A stretch of 64,000 bases of DNA from Azolla caroliniana. Taxonomy: Eukaryota > Plantae > Polypodiophyta. Each line of letters begins with the position of its first letter. Positions within the stretch are counted from its first letter, which is position 1. Shown here piece by piece: positions 27,401 to 39,236 of this stretch. The stretch lies in NCBI GenBank assembly GCA_043228905.1, contig JBHGNT010000011.1:7626001-7690000 (forward strand), given 5' to 3'. A program made the position numbers and the translations under genes. Below the pieces are notes generated by a model, which was not told the DNA's origin, made no database searches, and worked only from the letters and a program-made list of their open reading frames with translations.

Positions 27401-30335
27401 TCCGACTGGTCCAACCGACTCAGTCGCTTGTTCAGTCCACTCAACCCAAACGATTCCGGACTCTCATCTTGGGTCCCGGCTTCATCATCCTCTGCCAGGG
27501 CTGATTCAGGCTCACTGGCCTGATCTTCCGGCATTGGGTCAGGATCGGAAGTCGGAGTCGGTACGGAGTACCAGGATGCCGATTCGTCGAACTCGACATC
27601 CCGGCTAACTCGGACTTCCTTCGTCCGGGGGTTATAGCACTTATACCCCTTTTGCTCTTGAGCATAGCCGACTAGGATGCATTTTTCCGATTTTGCATCC
27701 AGCTTTCTTCGCTTATGATCCGGTACATGCACATACGCTATGCTGCCGAATATCCGAAGGTGTCTTCAGTTCGGCTTGCGCCCGAAATACAGCTCATGAG
27801 CTGACACCATGTCACCAATGCGGTTTTGTATGTAGACGGCTGTTTGGACCGCCTCTGCCCAGTCGAACCGGGGCATGCTCTTCTCCTCCAGCATTGCCCT
27901 TGCCGCTTCGACGAGTGTCCGGTTCTTCCTTTCGGCCACACCGTTTTGCTCCGGTGTGTATCTGCAACTAAACTCTCGCCGAATTCCCTTCTGCTGCAGA
28001 TAACTAGTGAATTGGGTGGAAAAATATTCCTTTCCGCCATCCGACCGAAGGCATTTGATCTTCCTCTCCGATTCCCGTTCCACCATCTTCTGGAGGCTCT
28101 GGAAAAAGTCGAAGACTTCGCTCTTCCATTCAATGAGGTAGATCCAAGTATGCCGAGTATAGTCGTCGATGAAGGAGACGAAGTATCGGCTCCCGCCAAG
28201 GCTTACACTTTGTGCCGGTCCCCACACATCCGAATGGATGAGATCGAGCTTGTTACGGCTCCGGTTCCGTTCGGTGGGGAATGGAAGCCGGTGTTGCTTC
28301 CCAAGTTGGCAGGCTTCACAAATTTCGGCTCTCCGGCCGCTGAACTTCGGCAAACCGAAAACGACTTGTTTCGTTTGCAGGTCTTGAAGCCTCCGGTAGT
28401 TGACGTGGCCTATCCGCTTGTGCCACAGGTCGATGTCCGACTCAACCTTCTGTCGTTCCGCGAACAGAGCAGTGCCAAAGTCATTGGTGTTGAGGATAAA
28501 CATCCTCCCGTCTCTGCGCCCTTGCGCAATGACTTCGCCCTCATCCTCAATGAAGCACCCGAGGTGCGTAAACCGCACCTGCATCCCCTGGTCGACAATC
28601 TGACCGACGGACACCAGGTTCTTCGTGATTGTCGGGACGTGTAATACGTTCATCAGCTTCCCTTTCTGTCCGACGTGGCTTAGAGGGACTTCTCCGACGT
28701 GCACGATTGGGTGTGGAGTGTCGTCTCCGGTTTCGACTACTCCTGGTTGATCCGGTTTCTCCAGAAAGGAGAACCACTCTTTGTGGCTCGTCATGTGGTT
28801 CGACACGCCGGAATCAACATACCACACTTCCTCCGTTTTGGAAGTGGTCTTCTTCATTGAGTTTGCCTTGTGATTCATCACCAAGGCTGGCCCCTTACCA
28901 GCCTTTCCGGTTCCGGATCCTCCTGATCCGTTTGCGTAGTGCGAGTTTTGCCAGCCATCCTTACCGGTCTTGCCGGATCCGGATTTGTCCGAATCGGCAC
29001 GCTTTCTCCAACACTCGCTTTCCCTGTGGCCTTTTTTGCCACAGTACTAGCATTCCGTAGCGGATTTGTCTTGCCGGCCTCCGGCACCGCCTTGACTCCC
29101 CCTAATTGTGGAAGTCTCGGAACTGCTGTCGGCACACTCATAGTGCGTCCGTTCCTGCTCTTGCCGGCCGCCTCCATTGCATGCCAACCCACCTCTTCCA
29201 CCACGCCCATAGTGCCGATCCGTTCCCATGTACAGTATCCGGTTGTCTGGGGATGCACTGGTAGGTGCACCGGCGTGGTTCTCCTCTACAAGGAGCATCG
29301 ACTGTAAGTCGAAGAATGAGGGGGTATTCTCCCTTGTACACACCGTAGTCCGGAACGCTCCGAACTTGGACGCCAGGCCTCCGAGACATACCTGCACCAT
29401 CTCGTCTTCCTCTACGGTAACATTGATAGAGGCGAATGAGTTGCAAATCTCCTTTATCCGGCCCGTGTAGTCTGCCACGGACATGTTCTTCTGTCGAACA
29501 TTGCTCAACTCATGTCTGAGTTGCAGCTTCCGGGCAGTGGTGCTTGCGGCGAAAACCTTTTTCAGGTTCCCCCAAGCATCCTTCAGTGTCTTGGCGTCAC
29601 GGATGTGGCTGAGCAGCTGATCGCCAACACTGGATGCGAAGCAGTACATCACCCTGCTTGCCGCCTGTTCCCATACTGGGAAGTCCTTGTGTGCCGAGTC
29701 TGGCGCCGCATCATTCACTCCTTCGACATAACTCCAGTACCCGTGTCCAAGCAGGTACTGGTGCATCTTGTAAGACCAAGATGCGTAGTTGCTCCTGTCG
29801 AGCTTTTCCACCGGGAGCGACATAGCCATGCCTCTATCCATGTCTTCTACTGTGTCTGTTTTCGACCTTTTAGGGTTTTCTTCTCAAGAGTAAATGTCTG
29901 CAGCAGAGGTTCTCAACCCTCGCGCTCTGATACCATGTAAACGTGAGTGTTTGTGGAAGCGTAAAACAGAGAACAACACACAGAGAGAGACAGAGACAGA
30001 GAGAGCAGAACACAATTTCAAAATTATATCAAGACTCTGTACACACACTGTGCTAAGTAGCACTATTTATACAAGTCCTCTTGGGACTGACAGAAGTACC
30101 ATGTACTTCAATGCTCACACGAGCATCTGACACTTACTATGAGACTATAGCTACCTAGTAGTCTATCTTGTACTAGGCTTCCGATTGGACTGCCGGTTAC
30201 GGATTGCACCCGGCCTCCACTGCTTGCCGGTTCGGTTGCTCACCGTCATACCGATCCGTTTCGCCCCATCCGTCTCGCTTACCAGCTCTGGCTTATTCAG
30301 CCGATCCGGCTCCGGTTTGAGCTTGCCGCTCAACA
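24433..30335 (-). mobile_element. Full-length copia F in the leader of D; LTRs 24433-24816 and 29936-30335; TSD AGTTG
   Basis: Matching LTRs; PBS 29924-29935; PPT 24817-24824; AGTTG at 24428-24432 and 30336-30340. Confidence 0.95.
24811..29841 (-). pseudogene. gag-pol of copia F with premature stops and a C-terminal tail
   Basis: ORFs 29047-29841 (gag), 27766-28884 (PR-INT), 26983-27732, 25888-26934 (RT/RNase H) and 25387-25821. Confidence 0.92.
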
Positions 30336-31997
30336 AGTTGCGACGACATAGATTGTGCCATTATTGCAGAGGGTTGTCCGGATCAACACATGACAAACAC
30401 AAAATTGTCTTTCGTTACTTGACGATCTTGGACACTATGAATATAATTTTTTTTGTATGGGCATGAAAGTTAAATTATGATAAGGGCATGTATTTTGTGA
30501 TTTAAGAAAGGAATAGACTACAAGGCTATTAGGTCGTTTGGCTCTGATACCATGCACCAATACAGTTATGGTGTGGTGAAGATTCGTCATTACGTGTGGA
30601 TCGTGAGGCAGAACCGCCGGGTTTCTAGACCGGAAGGACTCGAAGTTGGTGCTAGCTTTAGCGAGAAAGGATTTAAGATAGATTAAAAGAGAGAGAGATT
30701 TTAACGCTTGACTTTGGGTCGAGAGAGATTGATATGGCGTGAGAGAGATAGAGAGAGATTAAGATTGGACCCTTGACTTTAGATTTAGGAAACAAGATAC
30801 ACCATCAATTGGAGAACGAATTTTTCTTCTTCTTAAATTCTTGAATAATACATAAAAAAAAAACCCCGTTTGATCTTTTACATCCATCCTTTTATAGATC
30901 CTCCCATGCATATGATGCATGCGGGTACAAGACATGCATACAATGCATGTGATGCATGTTTGCCATTTGGCACTCATGCATCACATGTCACTCAATCAAG
31001 CTCTAATATGAGAATTTACATGTAAAACTATAATAATAAGAAAAACATTTTTAAGGAAATGTCATAACCTAGTGGTAAGTCTATAGATTCTCAACGTGGA
31101 GGTGCAAGGATCAAGTCTTCACTTGCACTCCTTTTGAATATACATACATATATATATATATTATTATATTATTAATGTATTTTTACAAGGTGTTTCTCCA
31201 TCCGGTCGTCATTTCGCCAGCTTCGTTGATCACCATCGCTAGATGATGCCGGATGCCGAATTCCAGTCACCGATCTCGCCAGCTCCGTCGGTCACTATCG
31301 CCGGATGATGTTGGATACCGGATCCCGGTCGCCGATCTCGCCGGCTCCGTCGGTCGCCGTCGTCGGATGATGTCGCCAGTCACCAGATCCATCGCTGGAT
31401 GTCGGATGCCGTCGGTTAATGTCGGTCGCTGGATCCATTGCCGGATGCTGGATGTCGTCGGTTGCCATCGTCCGCCGTCGCCGATTACCGTCGTCGGATT
31501 CATCCAAAACACATAGTTATATGCATTTGGTTATATCCATTCGTTAAGTCATACAACTTAACGTTTCTATGCTCCACATATAGAAACAAACATAATAGCT
31601 TTTGCTCTGCCTTATATATGGTGAGATCTTTATTTGTCCTGTCTATGTGGGATATCACATATTTTTCTCTTCTTCTTTGCAAACTTCATACCCATATAAC
31701 TTGACACTTAAATGTCTGTTTCCTACGTAGTAAAGTACATTTAGAAGCTCTTCAAGACCTCTATCTTTTTGTACCAAGATATTAAACTTATTTAAAAGAG
31801 TATCTTTACTATTATTTTTTTATATTTCGTGAGAAGAACCACACTCAATTTCGTATGTTCCTTACAAGTTTCACAATATCGTCCAAAATCTTCGCGACAT
31901 CCACCCCCACCAAACCGCACGTCCTCTGGTACGTACCAAGAAGAGAGAGTGCAAGATTTCAGTGGCGGTGATCAATTAGATTCATCCACATTTTCAT

Positions 31998-34900
31998 TCA
32001 CATCCGCCCTATTACCTTCATTGTTGAGGTGATCAAGGTCAGGATCCTCGTCTTGTCTTTCTTGAAAGTCTTTAGTCTTTTTCCCGTAATGGGTATGGCC
32101 AGCCTTGATCCATCTAGCTCCGCAAGGTGGTATGTTGCATTGTCGTTGGCACTTATCAGTATATATGGTGTGAACCATCTTCTTGTGAACTTCCTTGTTG
32201 TACTGTGTTGATTGTCAAGGTTGTTGTTGTAGACTAATACCCAATATCCTTCTTCGATCTTCTTGGGACGCAGTCGATGCGTCTTGTCGAACTGAATTTT
32301 GTTCTTCACTTGGGCTGCCTCCATCATTTTTCCCGCATGTTCTAGATCTTCAGGTCTCGTTTCAAGTTGCCTTATCCGTGCCACTAATAATTCTTCTCGG
32401 CTCATCTCGTTCTCCCATGGTATCACTACCCATGAGGTGATCGTCCTTTCGATGGGCATCACTGGCTTTTGTCCATACATAAGCTCCGTTGGCATATACC
32501 CTTTCACCGAGCTGTGTGTCGTTTTGTAGGCCCACAAGGCATAGGGCAATAGTCGTGGCCAATTCCCGACTCGACCGTTGCATGCTTGTACGATGGCTTT
32601 GACGATAGGTACATGCCCTCGCTCAATCTTCCCATTCGCTTCTGGATTGTAGGCAGTCGTGAGGGAGAGCTTCATGCCTAATCATTCAAAGAGCTCCGTT
32701 GCTTCGTGTGCATCCAACTCCCCTCGGTCGACAACTATCTTTCCCACACATCCGTATTGACAGACAACCTCTTCGAGTAGAAATTTGCAAACATCCGACG
32801 TCATTTTATTTGTCATGGCCCGTCCTTCCACTTGATTTGTCAAGTCTTCTCTTCCCAGAGCTAAGTACTTCATTTGTCCCACTCCCATTGGCATTGAGAC
32901 CAGATCCACCATCCATTTGAAGTCTATGGTGAGCGGGTATGTCGGTCATAGCTCATCACAATGACGTATATTCGAATGTACTTGGCATGTTTTGCATGTG
33001 GACATGAAATGGAGTACATCTTTGTACATGCTTGGCCACCAGTACTTCTCCTTCAACTTCTCGAACGTCGCCCATGTTCCTCTATGACCTGCCCAGGCAC
33101 TCTCATGGAATTCGGTCATTAGCGTCACTTGCTCTTCTTTCTTAACCACCACTCAACGTGGTACTCCTGTCCTTCTTTTTGGGTGTCGCCAAAGGAATCC
33201 TCCCTTCAAGAAATATTGGTAGGCTTTCTTCCAAATTCCTAGGGCCTCCTCCTTCATCAACAAAGCATCTGTCGTCATCGTTCTTAGGAATCTGCCGATT
33301 AGTAACCCCTCCCCTTCGTACTCATCCTCGTTGAAGGTGTGGAAGGTTTGCGTGCCCTTTTCTTCCGCCGATAGTGGAGCCATCTTGAAGAAGTCGAGGG
33401 TGACGTCTTCATCTTCCGAAACCATGTCACCTTCATTCTCAAATCTTGCCCTCGACAACATGTAAGCCATGGCGTTTTTCTTCCCTGCAATATGGCGGAT
33501 CTTTGGGTTTAAAGACTTTATATTGGCGATCCACCTTAACATAGCTAGATCTGGTGTCGCACAACCTAAGATCATCCCAAGGATTGGGAGACAATCTATC
33601 TCAATTATTACTTCCGATCCGATTAGGTAGTCTTTGTCCGTCTTCACTGCCGACACAATACCCCAAAGTTCTCGCTTGACTTGGGCGTATCTTTGTTGTC
33701 GTTCGCTAAGAACCTTTGCTCCGAACCGGATGGCATACCGCGCATTATCTTCTGCTTCTTGGTTGATGACCCACCCAATTCCGGTTGGGCTCATATCTAC
33801 AGTCACATAAATCGGCTTACCTTCGGTATAGTTGGCCTTTCTTAGTGCCAGAGCCTCAAGTAGTTTCTTCAATCTTTGCATCGCGTTTGTGTCCTCGTCT
33901 CGCCATTCATGGGAAATCCATATAAAGGCTCGACAACATGGGCGTAGTGTGGAATCCAAATATGGTAAAATGCGCATGCTCCAAGGAACCTTCGAACCTC
34001 CGTTTGGTTTATGCATTCTTCTTTCATGTCCTGGATCGCGTTCACCTTTGATGGTGAAGGCTTCCGGCTGCATGCTCTGCACAAGTGACCTACCACCAAG
34101 ATCTCTGGTTGCCCGAATGCGGATTTTTCTCCCGAAAATGTCAAATTCGCATCTTCGAGCCTTTGGAGCACCTTCTCACAATCTTTCATATGATCCACGA
34201 CGAACTTTCTACACCCTTCCTTATCTTTCGATTCATCTTTCTCCTCATCCGAACATCCTTTTATCGGAATATCATCCAAGAATGGCATTGTGATGTATGG
34301 GATGCAATCCTTCAAGACCTTGTTCATGGCGTTCACCATATGTGCCACCGAGTTCGTTGCACCTTGAGGTAAGGTACACATCCGCATGAGCCCGATCGGA
34401 CTCCTCATGGTTGTAATGTCACGACTATCGATCGCCAATTGGAATTGGTCATATCTAGAGTAGAGATCGCCAATGGAGTAGATGGACCGCCCCACAAACG
34501 CTTCGGCAAATTCGTCCACGCTCGGACCAATTCCAACATTCCGAATTGTCACCTTGTTGACGGGTTGAAGAGCTTGGATGAATCGCAATGATCCATTCCT
34601 CTTTGGCACCGTGAATCACCTATTAGAGTAAGGAGAATTCGACGGTTGTAGAATTCCCATATTCACTTTCTCCATTACGAGCTCAATCAACTTCGGTAGG
34701 TGTGCTCTTGGAACCGGTATCGGTTTCAAATTCCAAGGTACATGCGGCACTGTGAAGATCACCATCGGCTCTATAATCTTTGGGTCGGCACATCCGATTT
34801 CTTGGGGAGAGAACGCGAAGGCTTTCCCATGCCTTTCAAGCATTTCCCGAAACTTTCGCTCCTCTCCAGGGAGGAGGAAATCCTCCTTTCCAACTCGTAG

Positions 34901-37620
34901 CTTTCCCTTCGTCTCTTCGGTGAAGACATCACCTATTGCCTTCGGATCCCTTAAACTTGGATCATTCACGACTTCCTTCATCTTTTACCAGCTATTTTCC
35001 GGTAGCGGAACCGCAACTGCAATTGGCTTGATCTTCTTATTCACTGTTTTATATTTTGTGTTGACTACAGCTTCCTCCATCAAGATGCCACAATGGTATT
35101 CATCGATGATAGCGTACATGTTGATGGAGTTAACTGAAATCAAGAGTTGATCATGAAGATAGCTCAAGTCCACGACTTCCTCGATTTCGCCGATGGTGTC
35201 GTTAAATGAGGCTTCTTCCATAATATGAGTCATGAACTCTTCTTCTTCTATTATGTTTTCATCTTTCAGCATCTTCTCGAAATCTTGTATCCGATGCTTG
35301 TCCTTCTTGTCGGGTAGTACTAGTTTACATGTGCCACTAGGTGTGACACATGTTGCTTCTCCTCGCAATCTACGTGCTCTATTTTCTTGTGGGGACTTAT
35401 GATTGCTCAGACTATTTATGCCCCATGCTCCAATAGTCCGTTCTAAAAATCCGAGGATTCGCCTCCAAGACTGTCTTGATTTCTTTTATGATTAGCTCGC
35501 ACCGTTAGGAATTGAACCGATCTTTGGTTGTCAAGACTCTTTATTCGAGCAAATGCCACACCCTTGTCGAACACTTTGGTTTCCATTCGAGATGATGTGA
35601 TATACGGTTGTCCTAGGATGATAGGATGCGACGCCGATTCTTGCATGAAGAAGTGTTGATCCATCTCCACATCCCCGATCGCAACTTTAACATTGGGACA
35701 AGCTCCGTACAAGTCCTCCGTAGTCTTTGTTGCCGCGCGAATCTTCCATCCGTGATTTGTATTGATCGGCCATCTTCCTTTTTTGTAGAAGTCGGTTGAC
35801 ATGAGGTTGATCTCCGAGCCATGGTCGATCAAGGCTACCACGGTCTCTTTCTTCTCCCTGATCTTCACCGGCATCTCCGTTGTCGCTCGTGCCCAATGAG
35901 GTCGAGTATAGTGTCTGTCCACCATATCTTCATCGACTTTGTCTCTTGCCATTGTTATGGCATTCGTTTTTGCTTTTTGCGGCTTTTCTTCTTCCTCGTC
36001 CGATTGTTGTCTTTTTCTCTTTACAAGGTTCACGATCGCGTCATGGAACCTCTTCTCTGTAATGCCAAGCAATTCCCTCAAGGACAAAGTCATGTGGCTA
36101 TCAAGAACACGTTCTTCGAGAATCTTTCTTCTTTAGGTTCGTCGCCTGCTCTATGTCCGACCTTAGCTTATAGGTAGGCATAACCCTTGTCCTCTGAGCG
36201 GGGTCTTCAACACCAATCTTCATGGGCCGAACCATTTCTTCGACTTGTTTGCTCAATTCCGCTTTTCGACTGGTGTCTCCTTCCTCCATTTCTAAAGATC
36301 GACTCGTTTTTGCATCTTCTTTCTTTTTCGCGTTCCTTGTTTCATGTCTTTTTTATGGGCCTTGCTCTTCTATTCTTTTTCTCTTTTCTTCGACGAACAC
36401 CTCATGGTTGTCGCATATCACTTCCGCGAGTATGGTGATGTCATCCACCGGATCCGACGACCCAATTATGCTTTGCACGCTTCGGTTTGCAAGCTCTACC
36501 TCATTCGATGTGACCTTTCCCATCTTTTCATACTCGAGAACGGAAGACCAAAACTTTGCTCCTGCTTTCGCAGCTTCCTTTTTGTCTTTCCCAACTCTTA
36601 TTCTGACCGTTGCAGCATCCACATGAGTCGCCTCACCATCTTCCATACATTTCTTCATTCCCCCTCTTCCGAAATTCACGCATAGGGGTCTTTGAGTTTC
36701 AGTCGAGGAGCAGATCATGTTGTCATCTATGTATACGATATTTTGCTGGATCGCCTCTCGAAGGCTCGCGCAATCCGTTCTCATGTGGTCCATGCTATCG
36801 CACCACACGCATCTAAAGGGTTCTTTGCCTTTGGGGCCCCGACGATTCATGTTGGCCAACTTGACCATCTCGAACCTCTTCGCTAGCTCTTCGATGATGT
36901 CGTCATTAACCTTCTTTTCTTCCGGGTTGCTTTGTTTGGGCGGGTCAACTACTTTCGGTTGTCTAGTTTTCTCCACGACAATCAATCCCGCCAAGTCGGT
37001 GTCATCAACCCACTCACAATGCTTGTCGAGCCTATTGCATGCTTGCTTCATTGCGACCCAGTCCGCCACAAGCCCGTTCGCTTGGGTATCATCTTCGAGG
37101 AGAGTACCCAGTTCCCGTGTATCCTTTATATCCACAGCCTTTAGGAAGTACAAAGTTTTGTCCTCCTCAAGTAGCACTTGGTCTGTGGCGGGGAGATGAC
37201 GAAACATTTGGTCGAATTCGTCGTACACCCTCAAAGCGCTCATCTTCTTATTCTTATTTTCTATCCACTTCATCAAGGCATGTCGAGTCATCCTCGACAA
37301 ATCTTCCGTCGCGAACTCCGCTAATATCGCTTTCTCGAACTCCGACCACGTTGTCTTCCATTCTTGAAGTTCGATGACACACCTTTCGATGTTGTTGGCG
37401 ACCACTCTCTTGAAACTTGTGATTTGCCGCGCTTCAAACACGTCCATTTGATTCATCTCCCTTTTCTATGCATCAAGGAACTTCGTCATGTTCCTTCCGT
37501 CGAATTGACCCTCGAGCTCTACAACACGGTTGACGGCCTTCTCCACGCTCGCATCGTTGTCTCGAGATGTCATCATTTGTTCGATGATCAACATCATCCT
37601 TTTGAAGTCTCCCACATGAT
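31998..37620 (-). pseudogene. Degenerate gag-pol of gypsy J
   Basis: CVWCDSMDHMRTDC knuckle; ALIDHGSEINLM protease; LPQGATNS..FLDD RT; YAQVKRELWG RNase H; HESAWAGH..C..C zinc finger and AYNPEANGKIERGH integrase. Confidence 0.9.
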
Positions 37621-37678
37621 TGCTTGAGGACGCCATCTCCAAGTATTGGTCTCGACTTGATCCTTCCTACCGCCTCTT

Positions 37679-37695
37679 TCACTTCGGGTTCACCA
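37679..37695 (-). promoter_or_regulatory. Primer-binding site complementary to the 3' end of tRNA-Trp
   Basis: TGGTGAACCCGAAGTGA, matching the plant tRNA-Trp 3' end as I recall it (TCACGTCGGGTTCACCA) with one mismatch; 8 nt from the LTR. Confidence 0.7.
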
Positions 37696-38992
37696 CTTTA
37701 TTATGTCGTGAAGATCCATCACTATGCGCGGATCGTGAGGTGGAACCGCCGAGGTTCTGGACCGGAAGGACTCGAAGTTGGTGCTAGCTTTAGCAAGAAA
37801 GGATTTGAGATAGATTAAAAGAGAGAGAGATTTTAACGCTTGACTTTGGGTCGAGAGAGATTGATATGGCGTGAGATAGATAGAGAGAGATTATCTTTGA
37901 ACCCTTGACTTTAGATTTGGGAAACAAGATACACCATCAATTGGAGAACGAATTTTTCTTCTTCTTAAATTCTTGAATAATACATAAAAAAAACCCCCTT
38001 TTGATCTTTTTCATCCATCCTTTTATAGATGCTACCATGCATATGATGCATGTGGGTACAACACATGCATACAATGCATGTGATGCATGTTTTCCATTTG
38101 GCGCTCATGCATCACATGTCACAATATCAAGCTCTAATATGAGAATTTACATATAAAACTATAATGATAAGAAAAATATTTTTAAGGAAATGTCATAGCC
38201 TAGTGGTAAGTCTATAGACTCTCAACATGGAGGTGCAAGGATCAAGTCTTCACTTGCACTCCTTTTGAATATACATATATATATATATGTTTATTATTAA
38301 TGTATTTTTACAAGGCGTTTCTCCGTCCGGTCGTCATTTCGCCGGCTCCGTCGGTCGTCGTCACCGGATGATGCTGCCGGTCGCTGGATCCATCGCCGGA
38401 TGCCGGATGTCATTGGTTACCGTCAATCATCGGATCCATCGCCGGATGCCGGATGCCGTCCGTCGACGTCCATCGGTTACTGTCGGTCACCGTCGTCGGA
38501 TTCGTCCAAAACACATAGTTATATATGCATTTGGCTACATCCATTCATTAAGTCATACAACTTAACCTTTCTATGCTCCACACATAGAAACAAAGGTAAT
38601 AGCTTTTGCTCTGCCTTATATATGGTGGGATCTTTATTTGTCCTGTGTGTGGGATATCACATATTTTTCTCTTCTTCTTTGCAAACTTCATACCCATATA
38701 ACTTGACACTTAAATGTTTGTTTCCTACGTAGTAAAGTACATTTAGAAGCTCTTCAATACCTCCATCTTTTTGTACCAAGATATTAAACTTATTTAAAAT
38801 AGTATCTTTACTATTATTGTTTTATATTTCGTGAGAAGAACCACACTCGATTTCGTATGTTCCTTACAAGTTTCACACTATCACCAAAAATCTTCACGAC
38901 AATGGTTTCCTTGTCATGAAGGAAACCGTATTCCTAAGATTAATACCTATTTATTTATTTATTCTTGCTTATAATTATTATTATTTTCCACA

Positions 38993-39224
38993 TCTTCATC
39001 AGTTGGGTTCTTTCATCACTTGTAATGGGGATTTCTGCATTGTGATCCAAAGATAATATTGTTTTGCACTCTTCCACAATGATCTCGGTAGCACCTTTCT
39101 AGTGGACATATATTTTGCCACTACTACGTTTAACCCTAACTGCGACGCCAACTCGCATTTTCATCGAATTAAAGGGCTCTACATGTAATCTAGTAGCCCT
39201 AGATTTGATTGTGGCATAATCCAT
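38993..39224 (-). pseudogene. ACA: Ca2+-ATPase pseudogene, N-domain fragment (upstream continuation of 8398-9372)
   Basis: LHVEPFNSMKMRVGVAV...YVH*KGATEII (canonical VEPFNS..K / HWKGAAE); joins in frame across the TSD. Confidence 0.88.
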
Positions 39225-39236
39225 AGATTTCGGTGA

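Larger units (their letters stand above)
30572..38901 (-). mobile_element. Full-length non-chromoviral Ty3/gypsy J (Phygy/Selgy-like) in the 5' LTR of D; LTRs 30572-31899 and 37704-38901; 4-bp TSD ATGG
   Basis: Order gag-PR-RT-RH-INT; TGTCGTGAAGAT...ATCTTCACGACA inverted termini on the 5' LTR; PPT near 31900-31910; ATGG at 30568-30571 and 38902-38905. Confidence 0.92.
9373..38992 (-). mobile_element. Old AT-rich copia D hosting several nested insertions; TSD TCTTC
   Basis: 3' LTR 9373-9599 with PPT at 9600-9608; PBS 30541-30552; 5' LTR 30553-38992 is partly deleted and split by gypsy J; TCTTC at 9368-9372 and 38993-38997. Confidence 0.88.

Noticed and set aside
31200-31510. GC-rich island with short ORFs in LTR J
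   Set aside because: Degenerate CCGGATG/CGTCG repeats that differ in length between the two LTRs; the ORFs are not conserved.
38192-38259. Possible functional tRNA gene (Glu-CTC-like loop)
   Set aside because: The acceptor and anticodon stems do not pair; kept only as a tRNA-like module.
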